Positions 49,921-61,192 of a DNA stretch of 64,000 nt are shown here, piece by piece (the first letter of the stretch is position 1; every line of letters begins with the position of its first letter). The stretch covers positions 1 through 64,000 of the forward strand of contig JABANN010000023.1 of NCBI GenBank assembly GCA_013115125.1. The letters are read 5' to 3'. The position numbers and the translations under genes are program-made. This stretch comes from Perkinsus olseni (Eukaryota). Under the pieces are notes generated by a model, which was not told the origin of the DNA, did no database searches, and saw only the letters and a list, made by a program, of their open reading frames with translations.

Positions 49921-52028
49921 TCACACGGCATTGTTCGCAACAGACGTAATGACAGTGTCACCATCATCATAGCTGGCTCGACCTTCCCCTTCGGACCTTC
50001 CCGGGCTTGGGTGGCCGGCGCCAAGAGAGTCGCTGCGGAAGTTGTCTTCGCAGTCGAAGCCGACCTTCCACATTTGGTCATCGAAGCCCAGCTTGTCCGA
50101 ATGCCGTACAGCGAGCCAACCGAGGACAAGGCCTATGGCAAGGGCTGCACAGTTCAAACCGAAAGTCAACCATCCAGCGATGAAGGAAACAACAACAACG
50201 AAGCCACCATACACCAAGGGAGGCGTCATGACAGCCAGGACGCCCCAAAAGGACTTGATGGGGATACGGTAAGGGCGATCCTGAGAAGGTTTGAGTTGCA
50301 TGAAAGAAGCACGAGTGAGCGGAAGATACTACCATGTCGGGCTCGGACCAACGTAACTTGAGGAGAGAGAAAAACTCAAGCAAGTTGGACATGCAGGCCA
50401 TGAACGAATCCACGGAAAGAATTGTGTTGAAGTCAAATGAGACCTGACGGATGACAATGAGGAGGTGAAGAGATGGTACTACGAGGGTACTACTACCAAG
50501 ACACAGATAACGATGACTTGGAAGATGATGGCCACCCATGGGGTCCTGTAGGTGGGGTGAAGGTATCCAAACCATTTGGGAGCCAACCCAAAACGTGCCA
50601 TGCCTGAGTCAACCTCGGATGCCTGCACGACGAACAGCACCATTATTACCGCAGATCTGATAGCTATCTTCGAGGAGCTCGGCAACGAACTGACCGGCAC
50701 TCCCCACAATGGAGGCAGCCACGAGCCACCACCCAAACCATGTTCCAAAGGCGCGTTTGGCGACGCCCGAGAGCGATCCAGCTTCCCAATTCTGAGGAAA
50801 AAGGCACCTACAAGCTCACCAGCCGACCGTACACAGTGACGGAGTACCTGCCAGTTATCCCCATCCACTCCGGCCGCTGTGGCGAGAACCAGGAAGTACT
50901 GTAGGAATGCTATGATGACACAACCGAGCAAGGCGAGAATGACCGTTTTCTCAGGGCGTTTGACTTCCCCTGCGACGGTAGAAACACAGTCAACCTGAAG
51001 ATATAAAGTTCGTAGTTTATTGCGAGAAGACTGATCCGCCTACCCCTGAGAAGTTCCAAAAGCACACTATGGCCCAGTTGATCCAGTCTATGTCCCCCAA
51101 AGGCTTGCTCTCTCCTAGGACAGTCAGATCTGCTTTAGTGAGACCCCAAATGATAAAGACGACAAAAGGTATGGAAACGAATATGGACATTTGTAGAAGA
51201 CCTGAAGAGGAGAGGTCCGCTACGAGTAGGGGGAGTTGTGGTAGGAGTATTACCATATCCTGTAATTTTTATGGAGAATAACATCGGTACACTAAACGTT
51301 ATACACATGACCGCTTTGACCAACCATTGCAGACCAGCAGACATTGCACCAAAGGACTCGGGTGCAACGCTACTTATGGTTTCGAAAATGATGACCTGAT
51401 GGGAGGGAGGGGGAGGTGGATTCCAAGTACGGAGGAAATTGTTATTACGGGATAGACAGCATTGTCTACAACGCCGCTGACCCAGGACCAGTAGGATTCC
51501 TGCACACCCCAGAACTTCCCGAAGGCGGCCTTTACCTGCACGGTATGAGAGGAATAAGGCAGATTATGGTACTGATAGGAGGACTCACCCAAAGAGAGTA
51601 ACCACCATTATACGGAAAAGCACTCGACAACTCAGCGGTCATGAAAGACATTGGCACGGACCTGGGAAGACATCATTTCGACGGTTTACTTGGATAGTCA
51701 TGCTACTTACCAACATAACAGACCTAAAACCATTCCTATGATACCCCAGAGGGGACCACCGGAGGAAAACATTTCTTCAGAACCAAATGGGCCTGAAGAC
51801 GCCTGTGTAAGTTCTGCTACTGACTACCCTGTTAATACTACTACCTCCGGACACATTAAAGAACGCTACAGCACCAAGTGAGAAGACTCCGATGGTTCTA
51901 ACCTTCGTGAAGGCACCCTTCAGATCTTCACTGGACCTGGGTTCGGGCGATTTAGGACGTGGAATGGCATATCCCTACTACTACCTAGTGGAGGAGGGGA
52001 GTGATACTGGGGACGCGGCGCTGGTCAT
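49921..52028 (-). CDS. APC-superfamily polyamine/amino-acid transporter (PUT/RMV1-like), paralog 3
   Basis: [14 protein letters not shown]|...[23 protein letters not shown]...[10 protein letters not shown]...[10 protein letters not shown]; tandem paralog of 47593-49710. Confidence 0.92.
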
Positions 52029-52037
52029 CTCTTAGGG

Positions 52038-52064
52038 TTAAGATGGTTCCCAGACGTAGAACAT
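52038..52064 (-). promoter_or_regulatory. Upstream ORF MFYVWEPS* in the leader of transporter paralog 3
   Basis: ATG TTC TAC GTC TGG GAA CCA TCT TAA, ending 9 nt before the main ATG (52028) and starting 18 nt downstream of a pyrimidine-tract/CAG acceptor (52083-52085). Confidence 0.8.
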
Positions 52065-52915
52065 GCACAGACAACAAGGCAGCTGAAAAGGCACCAAATG
52101 ACAACAACAATGAGAGTGGAAGCTCACACACAAGGACCTCCTCCTGGACCACCACCAAGCTCGATTCAGGGCGGTAGGGAAGACGGCCTATCACCTCTTC
52201 TATGAGGGTACTGCCTTCATAGGGTTACACTTATTAGCGCTAGGGGACACAAGCTCAGTGTAGTCCACTGGGTGATGCGATCCTAAGGGTTAGATTCTGC
52301 GCATCAGGAGGGGGTCACTGGTAACACAGAGATGCTGTCCCGTTAGCTATATGACGAGATGTGCGGGTGGACCAGAGTGCATGGCCCCGCCCTGATAGAG
52401 GACGGAATTCACGCTTAAGGAACGACACGGTTCGAGTAGGTCCTTGAAAAATATAAAAAAGCTCTTCTTTAAGACTAGTTCCTCTGAGTGAGGTTTCGAC
52501 CCCCATCGGGCGATCCTTAACGGTAGAGATACCTTGGTACCTTGGCTCCACACGATAGCGCATCGGTTTGTACCAACTTTGGAGAGAGAGGACAGTCACC
52601 GAAGACCCAGAGTAATGTTGGAACTACTCTCATGTGTCTAATCATTCAAGTAAGCCTCGCGTCCACAATCAAACAAGGGACCAAACGAGACTTCGGTCGG
52701 CCTGCGGTCGTGACCGTTGTGACGACGGTGCGAGTCCACTGTCGCCTCCCTCCCTAGAATGACTTATAAAACACAACAGGTTGACATGTCCCGTACACTT
52801 ATATCTTCTGCTGTAGGGAAACCAATCACGAGCCGGATAAAATAAGAGCGACTGCAGAAGGAATGATGACAACGACCATAGTCGGACATCGAACCAGCAA
52901 CAGCAACTAACACAT

Positions 52916-53533
52916 TTATCGGAACCTCTTGAGCTGGAGGGTCTGGCGTCTCTTCCAGTTGGCGGTCTTCGAGGGGCGGACCTTGGTACCGAAGTGGGAA
53001 CCACGCTTGTGGATACCACGGCTCTTGCGACCAGCGCTGGTGAGACCGCGGAGCTCACGATGCTTCATGGTGTTGTGAGCGATCCAGTTCATGCGGGGGT
53101 CGTTACGGATGGCGTTGTGCATGGGATCGACCATGATGACCTCGAAGAACTTGAACTGAGCGTCCTGACCAACCCAGTAGGAGTTGAGGACGCGGAGAGA
53201 ACCGCAGCGGCGACCAACACGCTCCTCAGCGATGGCGCGGAGGGACTTGGTAGACTTCTGCTTGTTGACACCCTGGTGGACGGGCTTACCGTAGACGATA
53301 CCCTTGGAGACGCGCTTCTTACGGTCACCCCTGCGGATGCGGACGCGGTAGATGACAACACCCTGCTTGGCCTTGTAACCGAGACGACGGGCCTTGTCGG
53401 GGCGAGTGGCCTTAGAGGCGCGATGGACAGCGGGGAGCTGACGGAACTCCCAGTTCCTGACGCGAATCAAGAAGCGCATCACATCGGACTGCTTCTTGTT
53501 CCAGATCTCAGAGAGGTACTTGTAGGCTCCCAT
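52916..53533 (-). CDS. RPL15: 60S ribosomal protein L15 (eL15), intronless CDS
   Basis: [26 protein letters not shown]...[15 protein letters not shown]...[12 protein letters not shown]...[11 protein letters not shown]. Confidence 0.98.
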   Translation of the reverse strand: MGAYKYLSEIWNKKQSDVMRFLIRVRNWEFRQLPAVHRASKATRPDKARRLGYKAKQGVVIYRVRIRRGDRKKRVSKGIVYGKPVHQGVNKQKSTKSLRAIAEERVGRRCGSLRVLNSYWVGQDAQFKFFEVIMVDPMHNAIRNDPRMNWIAHNTMKHRELRGLTSAGRKSRGIHKRGSHFGTKVRPSKTANWKRRQTLQLKRFR

Positions 53534-53910
53534 TATTACAGATAGAAGATTGGGGTGACTTACTCCAAGGAAGAGAACAGCCAACGAACGCCACCAAATC
53601 GATCAAACGCAATAGCGATAATTTCGTGGCGCGTGACGCTAGTTGTCGGGTTTAACTGAGGAGCTACTCCTCACTGAAGGAACGGTAAGGACTCCCCTCT
53701 TGAAGGTTTGCTTCGAGGAGCAACTCCTAGGCTGTAGGGCCGCTGTTTCGGATTCGTTTTTTCACGACGATTTTCAGCAACTGAATCGTTCGGGGTGGGG
53801 GAGGGAGGAACCAATTACTACGAAATTCCGAGTCGATTGTGGAACCACTTTTTACGAGTTTTATAGAAGGAGACAAGCTTCGAGCTCTAAAGCCTTTGCA
53901 GGGCGACCGA

Positions 53911-56715
53911 ATGGCTGTTGGGTTGAGTACCGGTGAATTAAAAAACCAGAAGCTCTTCAACAACCAGCCATCGCAGCAGTTCCCCTTCTACTGTTCCCGG
54001 GGACATTGGCCCCCCTATCTGTTCTCATGACGTTACGTGACCAAATAAAGAGGACCATAATAAGCCTGTGGGGCCCCTCTACGAGTAGCGCGTCAGTACA
54101 GTGAAAGGCTTAGGTATAATGATCGTATTTACCCCGACTTCCAGTCGGTCAAGAAACGCCATGAAGAACGGTATAAGGCCGAACCTTTAACCTTGGACAC
54201 TCTCATGTAGCGGACGGGCCCTCTATTGCTGTCAGGGATGCCACCCCTCAGGCACCTTTGCAATCAGAACAACCCTGACTTCTCGATCGAGAAGGCGGAG
54301 GACCGGCCCGTCCCGGGTTTCAAATTGTAGGCCGAACAGGGGCAAAGTCACTGGAGAAAATAGTCCCGCTTCAGGGCTCACCCGCCCAAGTCGTTCCGAG
54401 GCTTCGTGTCACCAACGGTAATCGATCGGAAGACCCTAGTGTCCCAGCAGCTCCGTTGTTAGGATCCCGTGGATTACTACGGCCCCCAACTGTGGGAGGC
54501 CTTCAGGACGGAGATCAACTCGCTACTACTCTACGATCGTGAGCAGCAGCCCAACCCTACCTCATTTCAATAACACTTTCGCCTCAGCGAGCTACTACAC
54601 CTTCCCCGGTGGTCGGTACGGGACAGCAAGAGCGCTAAAGGAACGGAACTTAAGATTCCTCAACGGTTACAGTCTAGGCGAGCTTTGCCATATTGTAGGC
54701 CACGAGTGCGCACGATCTAGGGAAAAGTTGGTATGTTTAGGTTCAGCTGGCCATAGATAAGGAGATACTCGCTTACGGTAAGAGCGGCTCCGTTGTACCG
54801 TTCAAAGTGAGTTCGAAGGCCGAGAAGGACGCCAACGCCAGTAAGCCCTTCCTTCGGGTGAACCCTCTTCGACTGCCGCTCACCGTAGGGGATAAGAAGC
54901 CTACATTTGCGGGGCATCGCCGGCAGGTCCCCGTTAAGGAGGGATCGGAGCACAGTCGTCGGGACACCACGGTGAGTTGCCGTACTCTCGAGTAGAGGAG
55001 CATCGCTGCTGTCAGGATTCCTCGGGGGACCATGGATCGAGCTCTGACCACAGCAGCTCGTCACACCTCTCGCCGCGGAGCGAATCGACTAGGGAGGACT
55101 TCATAGCCACCTGGGGCCGGCTGCGAGAGGTCCTTTATACCCTATTAACGTAGGCCTATGGCTGGTGACCTAGGCACATATGGCCCTGTCAGGAGCACCG
55201 AGTGGAAGCATCGCATACTACTACTGTCCAACCTCAAGAACGAAATACGGCGTCACTTCGGTGGTGTTGTCCTAAGCGAGACGGCTCTGGGCCACACCAA
55301 GCTGATTGACATGGTGAGATAGCGCTCCGTTCTCCCTTCTTCCGGACTACCACCCTCGTCAGGTCCAAGATCCGAAGCTCACTGATCTGGTCTTCGTTGA
55401 CTGGCGCCGCAACAACCCTGTCCTCAAATTAGAGGCGGGGGCGACGCTTCACAAGCCCAATGTTGCCTCTGTTACCATGGCTACTCGTAAGGGGGCTCCA
55501 GTGAAGCTCTCCCGGGACCACACTCTCCCAGCTCATCGAGCCTCTACGATGAGCATCACACCAGAAAGGACAGCCTCCGGGAGTAGAACTGCAGGAGGCT
55601 CCACGACCAAGACGGTGTCGTCTGGAGATCAGCCCCCTTGCACGGCTACGGGAGGCCAAGAGCAGCAGCAGCAGCAGCCTTCCCCGGCCATATGGTTGAA
55701 GAATACCTTCCTGCAGTACTCCCACCATCGAGCCCTTGTGTGCGGAAATTGTGTTCCTCGACAGGTATGCGGATTCTGAGGAAGTGGAGGCCCTTGAGAA
55801 GTCCCGACGTGTCAAAACAGCCCCAGACGAGTACATCCTCTCTACGGCAGATCGCGCAATAGCAGATCTCCATATCAACCAGTAGTGCTCATCTCTTTCG
55901 ACCTCTGCGCTGCTCGTAGCCTTGTTGCTATAGCTACCAAGTCACGCCACTGGACTTCCCTCTGGTACCACCAGCGACCACTGAGACAGACTACGACCTC
56001 ACCAATGGGGACTCTGTCGGAACGGCGGGAACGGCCCCACCTGGACTGGAGGCCCAAGCTGCCGCCCCTCTGTCCCCGCTGGCCCACCCTGTCAATGAGG
56101 TCTCCGATGCTATCGCCACCTTTGGCTCCAGCACTGAGCTCCACGAGACCTTGCCGGACCTCGAACTACTCCTTGCGCAGCTGGAAAGTGACAACTCTTC
56201 CGGTCGAGGAAAGTGAGTCACCTCGTCCGAGAGCCCGCGAGGATGGCCTTCCCTTGCAGGGTTCTCAATGCGAGTGCCGCTGAGTTCGTGCCGATGCGCT
56301 CCCAGACGCCTCGGCCACCGCCAGACACCTTCATGCAAAGTTTGTTGCTCACGAGTGGCTCCAACTTCCATCAGCCCCCCACACCAGCTGCAGCAGAAGC
56401 ACCATCGCTAGGTGATTCCGCTTTCCCTCGTCTGATTGTAGTCTGCCCTGTGAAGGTCCCCCGATAACCCCTGGTGGGGTACTACTCTCGCAGGCAATAG
56501 AAGCAGAAGCCTACCCGTGGATTAGTCGAACGCCAGGAGGGTGTACGGTCGGCACTCTACTGGATGCATGCGGTTCTCCCACGGGAGTGATGGCCGCTGA
56601 AAGCTGCGAAGAAGTCCTTAGATCCCCTCTTAGGGTGAGCTAGTCCGCTCAAGTTGCCTCTGCATCGGTTCATGATTCAGCAGGTCCCCCCTCATCACGG
56701 ATGACCTCTGGCTGA
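53911..56715 (+). CDS. OHA + LOTUS (OST-HTH) RNA-binding protein with PAM2 motif
   Basis: IISL|YNDRIYP, GFVSPT|DPVDYY, FPGGRYGTARALK...YSLGELCHI|VQLAI (OHA); LLLSNLKNEIRRHFGGVVLSETALGHTKLIDM (LOTUS); VLNASAAEFVP (PAM2). 3' end approximate. Confidence 0.85.
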
Positions 56716-58323
56716 ACTCCACCATGGCGCCTCGTATATAAATATATCAGTATCCTCCCCAATGTTTCTGGCTAGATGAACGGAATATTCGAATTAAGTG
56801 CTGCTGCTGCTGCATTGGTGTGAGCAGCAGTAAAATCGATTCTTATGCATCGTGTGTTTTCTGATTCCCCGATCGGCGATTATCAATATTACGTTAGAGA
56901 TCGAATTCATTTCTCGGAGGCTTTCGATGAGTTCGACGGCTTTTTGTTCTTTCATTGCATAATTACGTGCATTCTCACAACTCGCGGTTCGCCGCCGCCG
57001 CAGTTTGTGCCATCATCTTTCTGTTCGCTCCTCATCACCATCATCGTCATTTGTGTATTGCTCAGTCTCTACTAACTCTATCGATACTCCTTTTCAATGT
57101 GGCGGTTACATCACGCCATTCATCATCAGAGATACTCATTTTTTTACTTACACGACGGCAGGCTTCTCCGCGCGAATGTCGAGTCTGCGTCTAATGTATC
57201 GATACACTACTCCTTCCTTTGCTCCGTGTGTTATCTTGAAAAGCTGCCTGAGCGGCAGGTGATGCTTTCTCTTATTTCTCTTGTTATTGTGCGTCGTTGA
57301 TTCTTGGCACATATCTTTCATTATCATTGCCATTTTCATGCCCAATCGGGTATCCGTGCCAATTTCGGTACTAAGAGTGTGAAGTCTTCATTAATCCATG
57401 CAATTCCTGGTCCTCTCGTCGTTGAGTTGACGAAGTGCATTGAGGAAACCCGAGCTCTGTGCTTCGAGGGAACAGAATCACTGGAAAGGGTTCACGTTTG
57501 AATCCGACGTTTGGGTCGACACACGCAGTGGTCCTCATCGATGTGCCAGCATACAGTCGTCGAACATAGCAACCTTGTGAGCCGCTCGTACTTTACTTCG
57601 CTAACTTGCCTACCTCTGCTGACGGTTAGCAGCTGATCTCTTTGAGGATCTTTCACCTCCTATACCGGGCCTGGCTGATTGGGATAACCGAATGATTCGG
57701 TTTTTGATTCGAGGATCTTAACTATGCCACGTAGTATTACTGTAAAGCAAGCGACTGATGTCAGTGAGACAAGGACCGACATGGCCCTTGCGAGAGGCGC
57801 CGAGTGGGGATCGAACGGTTCATAGCCATCTTCACTCAGCTGTAACTCTGGAACACGACATAACCATGGGCGGTCTATCATTCCGCACCATTCGGCACCT
57901 CACCCCCGCGTGTTCACTCGCCTGACGAAGAGTGCGCGTGATTTGACGTTGGGACGCACAAAGAGCAAATGCGCACAAAGAGCAAATGTGGAGTCCGAAC
58001 TCCGGATTTAGGGTACGTAGCAGCGATGGAAGTGCACTATGAATCAATACAGTGTAGCTATTCGAGACAGGGCTAACAAAAGGTTGAATGGATCTCGAGG
58101 GCATGATGTGATCCATAGCGTTATCAGCATCTCAATGTACCACGTATACTCATGCCCGCTAGTACAAGGCCTGCATAATGCAGAAGTTGGTGTCCCCATA
58201 GTCACGCGGACGTCTTGACGTTCTTGACGTGTGTGCCGCCGATGGGACGACTGTGTACCGTCGAGGATAATGGTCAGATAACCCTTCACTTTATCAGTGT
58301 CTTATCACGCGCTTCCTTCTGGA

Positions 58324-59421
58324 ATGCTGGTAGAAACTTCCCTCCTTGCCCTCAGCTTACATCTGAGTACAGGACGCCTACCCAAACACGTCGTAGATTT
58401 CCCTATAAAGATTGGGGACGACCGTGCATTGGTGGACCTCACCTTCGACAAGCAAGTTGTCAGGCTTGTCCCTGATACTGCTGGTTTCAATACGTTCGTC
58501 CTCTACAAGAAAGCGTTCTCCAAGACCCAATGCGAGCACTTCGCCGCTGGTTGCTATGAGTGCCCCCATGACAGCTGCGCCCCTATCAGCAAGACAAACA
58601 TTACCGTCACTTTCGCTGATAACTCCTCCTTCGTTTACTTCAACAGTTTCGCCGACCTGACTGTCAAACTAGGTAATGGAACTGAGATTATCGTCGAGGG
58701 CTACGACATCGGCGTCGTGAAAGATTACTCGCCCAAGAACATGCCTCCATCCCCTATACTTGGGTTGCATAGGGAACCGGGGTTTTCTCGCCAAGAGCAT
58801 TCTTTCATTCATCAGCTGGTCCGGAACTCCGAAGGGGCGATCAGGAGGTTAGCTTTCTCGATAACATATCCAAGGACCTCTGATGAGGTTGGGCACTTGA
58901 CCGCCGGTGGGGATCCTGACCCAGCCTGGCATGCTCCTTTCATTACCCTGCATCAGCGTGATGACAGAGCATGGACATTGGGGATTGATGAGGTTGGTTA
59001 TCGCGGTGATGGCAAGAGTGAACCAGTGACTATCAAGAAGGGGAGGGTGCTGTTCGACTCTGGCGCCACCGTCATTATCGGCCCCCATGATGAAGCCAAC
59101 AAAGTCCTAAACTTCATCGCCAAGTTCGTCGAGTTCAAAGGCAGCGATGTCTTGAAGATCATCGATTGCTCTGATATTCCCAAGTTACCTGAGGTGTGGT
59201 TCGATATCCAGGCGGACGACGAAGAGGCTTTAACCACGAGGGTTTTTATTGAGGGGCGTGACTATGTGCTTCACTCGGGTGGCAAGTGCTACATAAGCAT
59301 TACCGGCGGTGATCTCAGTGCGGTTGGTGTAAGATGGATGCTCGGGGCCCCGCTTTTTAAGGGGCATTTTGTACAGTTCACTTATGACGTGGAATCGATA
59401 GGATTCGCCAAAAAACACTAA
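58324..59421 (+). CDS. Secreted pepsin-like (A1) aspartic protease, intronless, with atypical first catalytic motif
   Basis: Signal-like MLVETSLLALSLHLSTG; LVPDTAG and LFDSGAT motifs, ILGL, WMLGAPLFKGHFVQF, SIGFA. Confidence 0.88.
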   Translation: MLVETSLLALSLHLSTGRLPKHVVDFPIKIGDDRALVDLTFDKQVVRLVPDTAGFNTFVLYKKAFSKTQCEHFAAGCYECPHDSCAPISKTNITVTFADNSSFVYFNSFADLTVKLGNGTEIIVEGYDIGVVKDYSPKNMPPSPILGLHREPGFSRQEHSFIHQLVRNSEGAIRRLAFSITYPRTSDEVGHLTAGGDPDPAWHAPFITLHQRDDRAWTLGIDEVGYRGDGKSEPVTIKKGRVLFDSGATVIIGPHDEANKVLNFIAKFVEFKGSDVLKIIDCSDIPKLPEVWFDIQADDEEALTTRVFIEGRDYVLHSGGKCYISITGGDLSAVGVRWMLGAPLFKGHFVQFTYDVESIGFAKKH

Positions 59422-59542
59422 CTCTTTTTCCAGCTCACGGATAAGTTCGGGTCGCAGATTCTCATTGAACGGTTAAACTCCTTTCAGCCAATGGATCTCT
59501 TCCTTATTCCGTTATACATCCTTTTCGAACTTTCTATCAGCC

Positions 59543-61088
59543 TCATCTCAGGCTTGCGTTCTTCAAAAGTTCATCGTTTTCGAACCAATCGTAGAAATAT
59601 CGTATCTCGAAAGCATGCCACTCGTCCGAGTCTAATTCAATAGAGGTTGTCAACGTTATTATCGCCAAGCGATTCAACCACTGGGTAGCTCCAGTCTTGC
59701 AGCACCAGCAGCCTCTCCAGGTTGGATCGTCCTCAGAGGAATGGAAAACTTTTCTAGTCAGTTTTCGGCTTGTTTTCATTCAAGGCCAATCGTTAGGTTT
59801 AGAATCCTATTGCACGGGGAGTCCTTGGCACCAACTACCCACAGGCAAAATGTTCCGGTGCTCGAAGTCAAGGACAGTACTACAGCCAACTGCACCCACC
59901 CCCTGCGGTAGCAGGAACGCTGCCACCACTCCCACTAGGGTACAACACAGTCCAATAACACTCAGAAACATTGCAATAAACATGCAAGTCACTCGTTCTT
60001 CTTAGGAGGAGGATGGACTGCCTCTGGGAAGGGTGGTCGGTAGTAAATCTTCAACCCACCCTCGGGAGGCGACCAATTCCAACAACCGGATGACTTACCG
60101 CGGGCAGCAACATTCGACCTGCAGAGGCGTGGGCGAAGCGTTCATACATGAGGATGGTCCCCACCACCTGATGCGCATGCCATTCCAAAACTCATCTCCG
60201 CGTATCTTTCCTTCGAAAGGCATCGTCCTAGTGAGGGAGGAGAACATGCTTCCACAGGAAACTCAGATTCCGAATTATTCTGCTCATAACGAGTGATAGC
60301 TCGAGAAAGTACGAACGATTGGCACTGAAAGATGCTCACTTGAAGTAGGCTGGTACGGTCGGGATGAAGGAGAGGCCGCTGGGACCCGGACAAGGGCTTT
60401 TCTCACGAGATCGCCAGAACGTGGAGTAAAGGCCGAAGAAAGGTACCGTGGCTGCTGTCTCGATCAGTGTCCTCTCCCTGAGTAAGGTGCATGAGTTCTC
60501 TTCGGTCGCCAACAGCACAGAAGGACTTACTCGTGAGGACGATCTGCGAACTCAGAGAAGAATTCGACGTCGCAATTGTGGTAGAGCGGCCATCGCTTGC
60601 GGTACACCTCTTGATAGGCCCTCTTCGTGTAGGGGAGCTTGGTCCTGCAGGAAAGCAATCAACCAGCCACATGCTCAGCATACTCGTCAAGTGGCTATCT
60701 TCGGACACGGGAGGGCTTCTTAGCGGACAGATGCCGCCATGCGAGAGAGTACGCCGCCCTCCAAAAATCCACCCTTTGCGAGGAATGAAGATACCCTACG
60801 GAATCTGCGATATGTTATGGGAGCGGTTAGGCGATCCAATACGAGAATACAGCACAGGCTTCCTGTCCTCCCCTCGCACGATCCATCGACGACCATACCT
60901 GACAAAGGCATGAGATACATTACCCAGTGACTGCAGCAACGGGCAATTGAACGCTCCTCGTCGTTTCGAGTGACGAAGGTTTTCGAGACTGTCTCGTTCC
61001 ACTGCCCTCACCGCATGTCGGTATCCATTGGTTTGATCATACCCCTGATGGCCTTACCATCTCCCACATGACGGCGACTCAAGGCCAT
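59543..61088 (-). CDS. Hypothetical multi-exon protein
   Basis: Repeated GT-AG intron boundaries and open segments (e.g. TKLPYTKRAYQEVYRKRWPLYHNCDVEFF; IELDSDEWHAFEIRYFYDWFEND); frame not fully resolved. Confidence 0.4.
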
Positions 61089-61192
61089 GGGTGATGAAAC
61101 TTCGGCTGGGCGGCGCTGGCTACTCGCTTCCACTCAACACAAAATGCGATGAAGGCAAACTGTATTCGTCAATTCCACAACACTAGTAAAAG

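Noticed and set aside
52994-53545. 183-aa antisense ORF over RPL15
   Set aside because: Antisense shadow of a highly biased ribosomal protein CDS.
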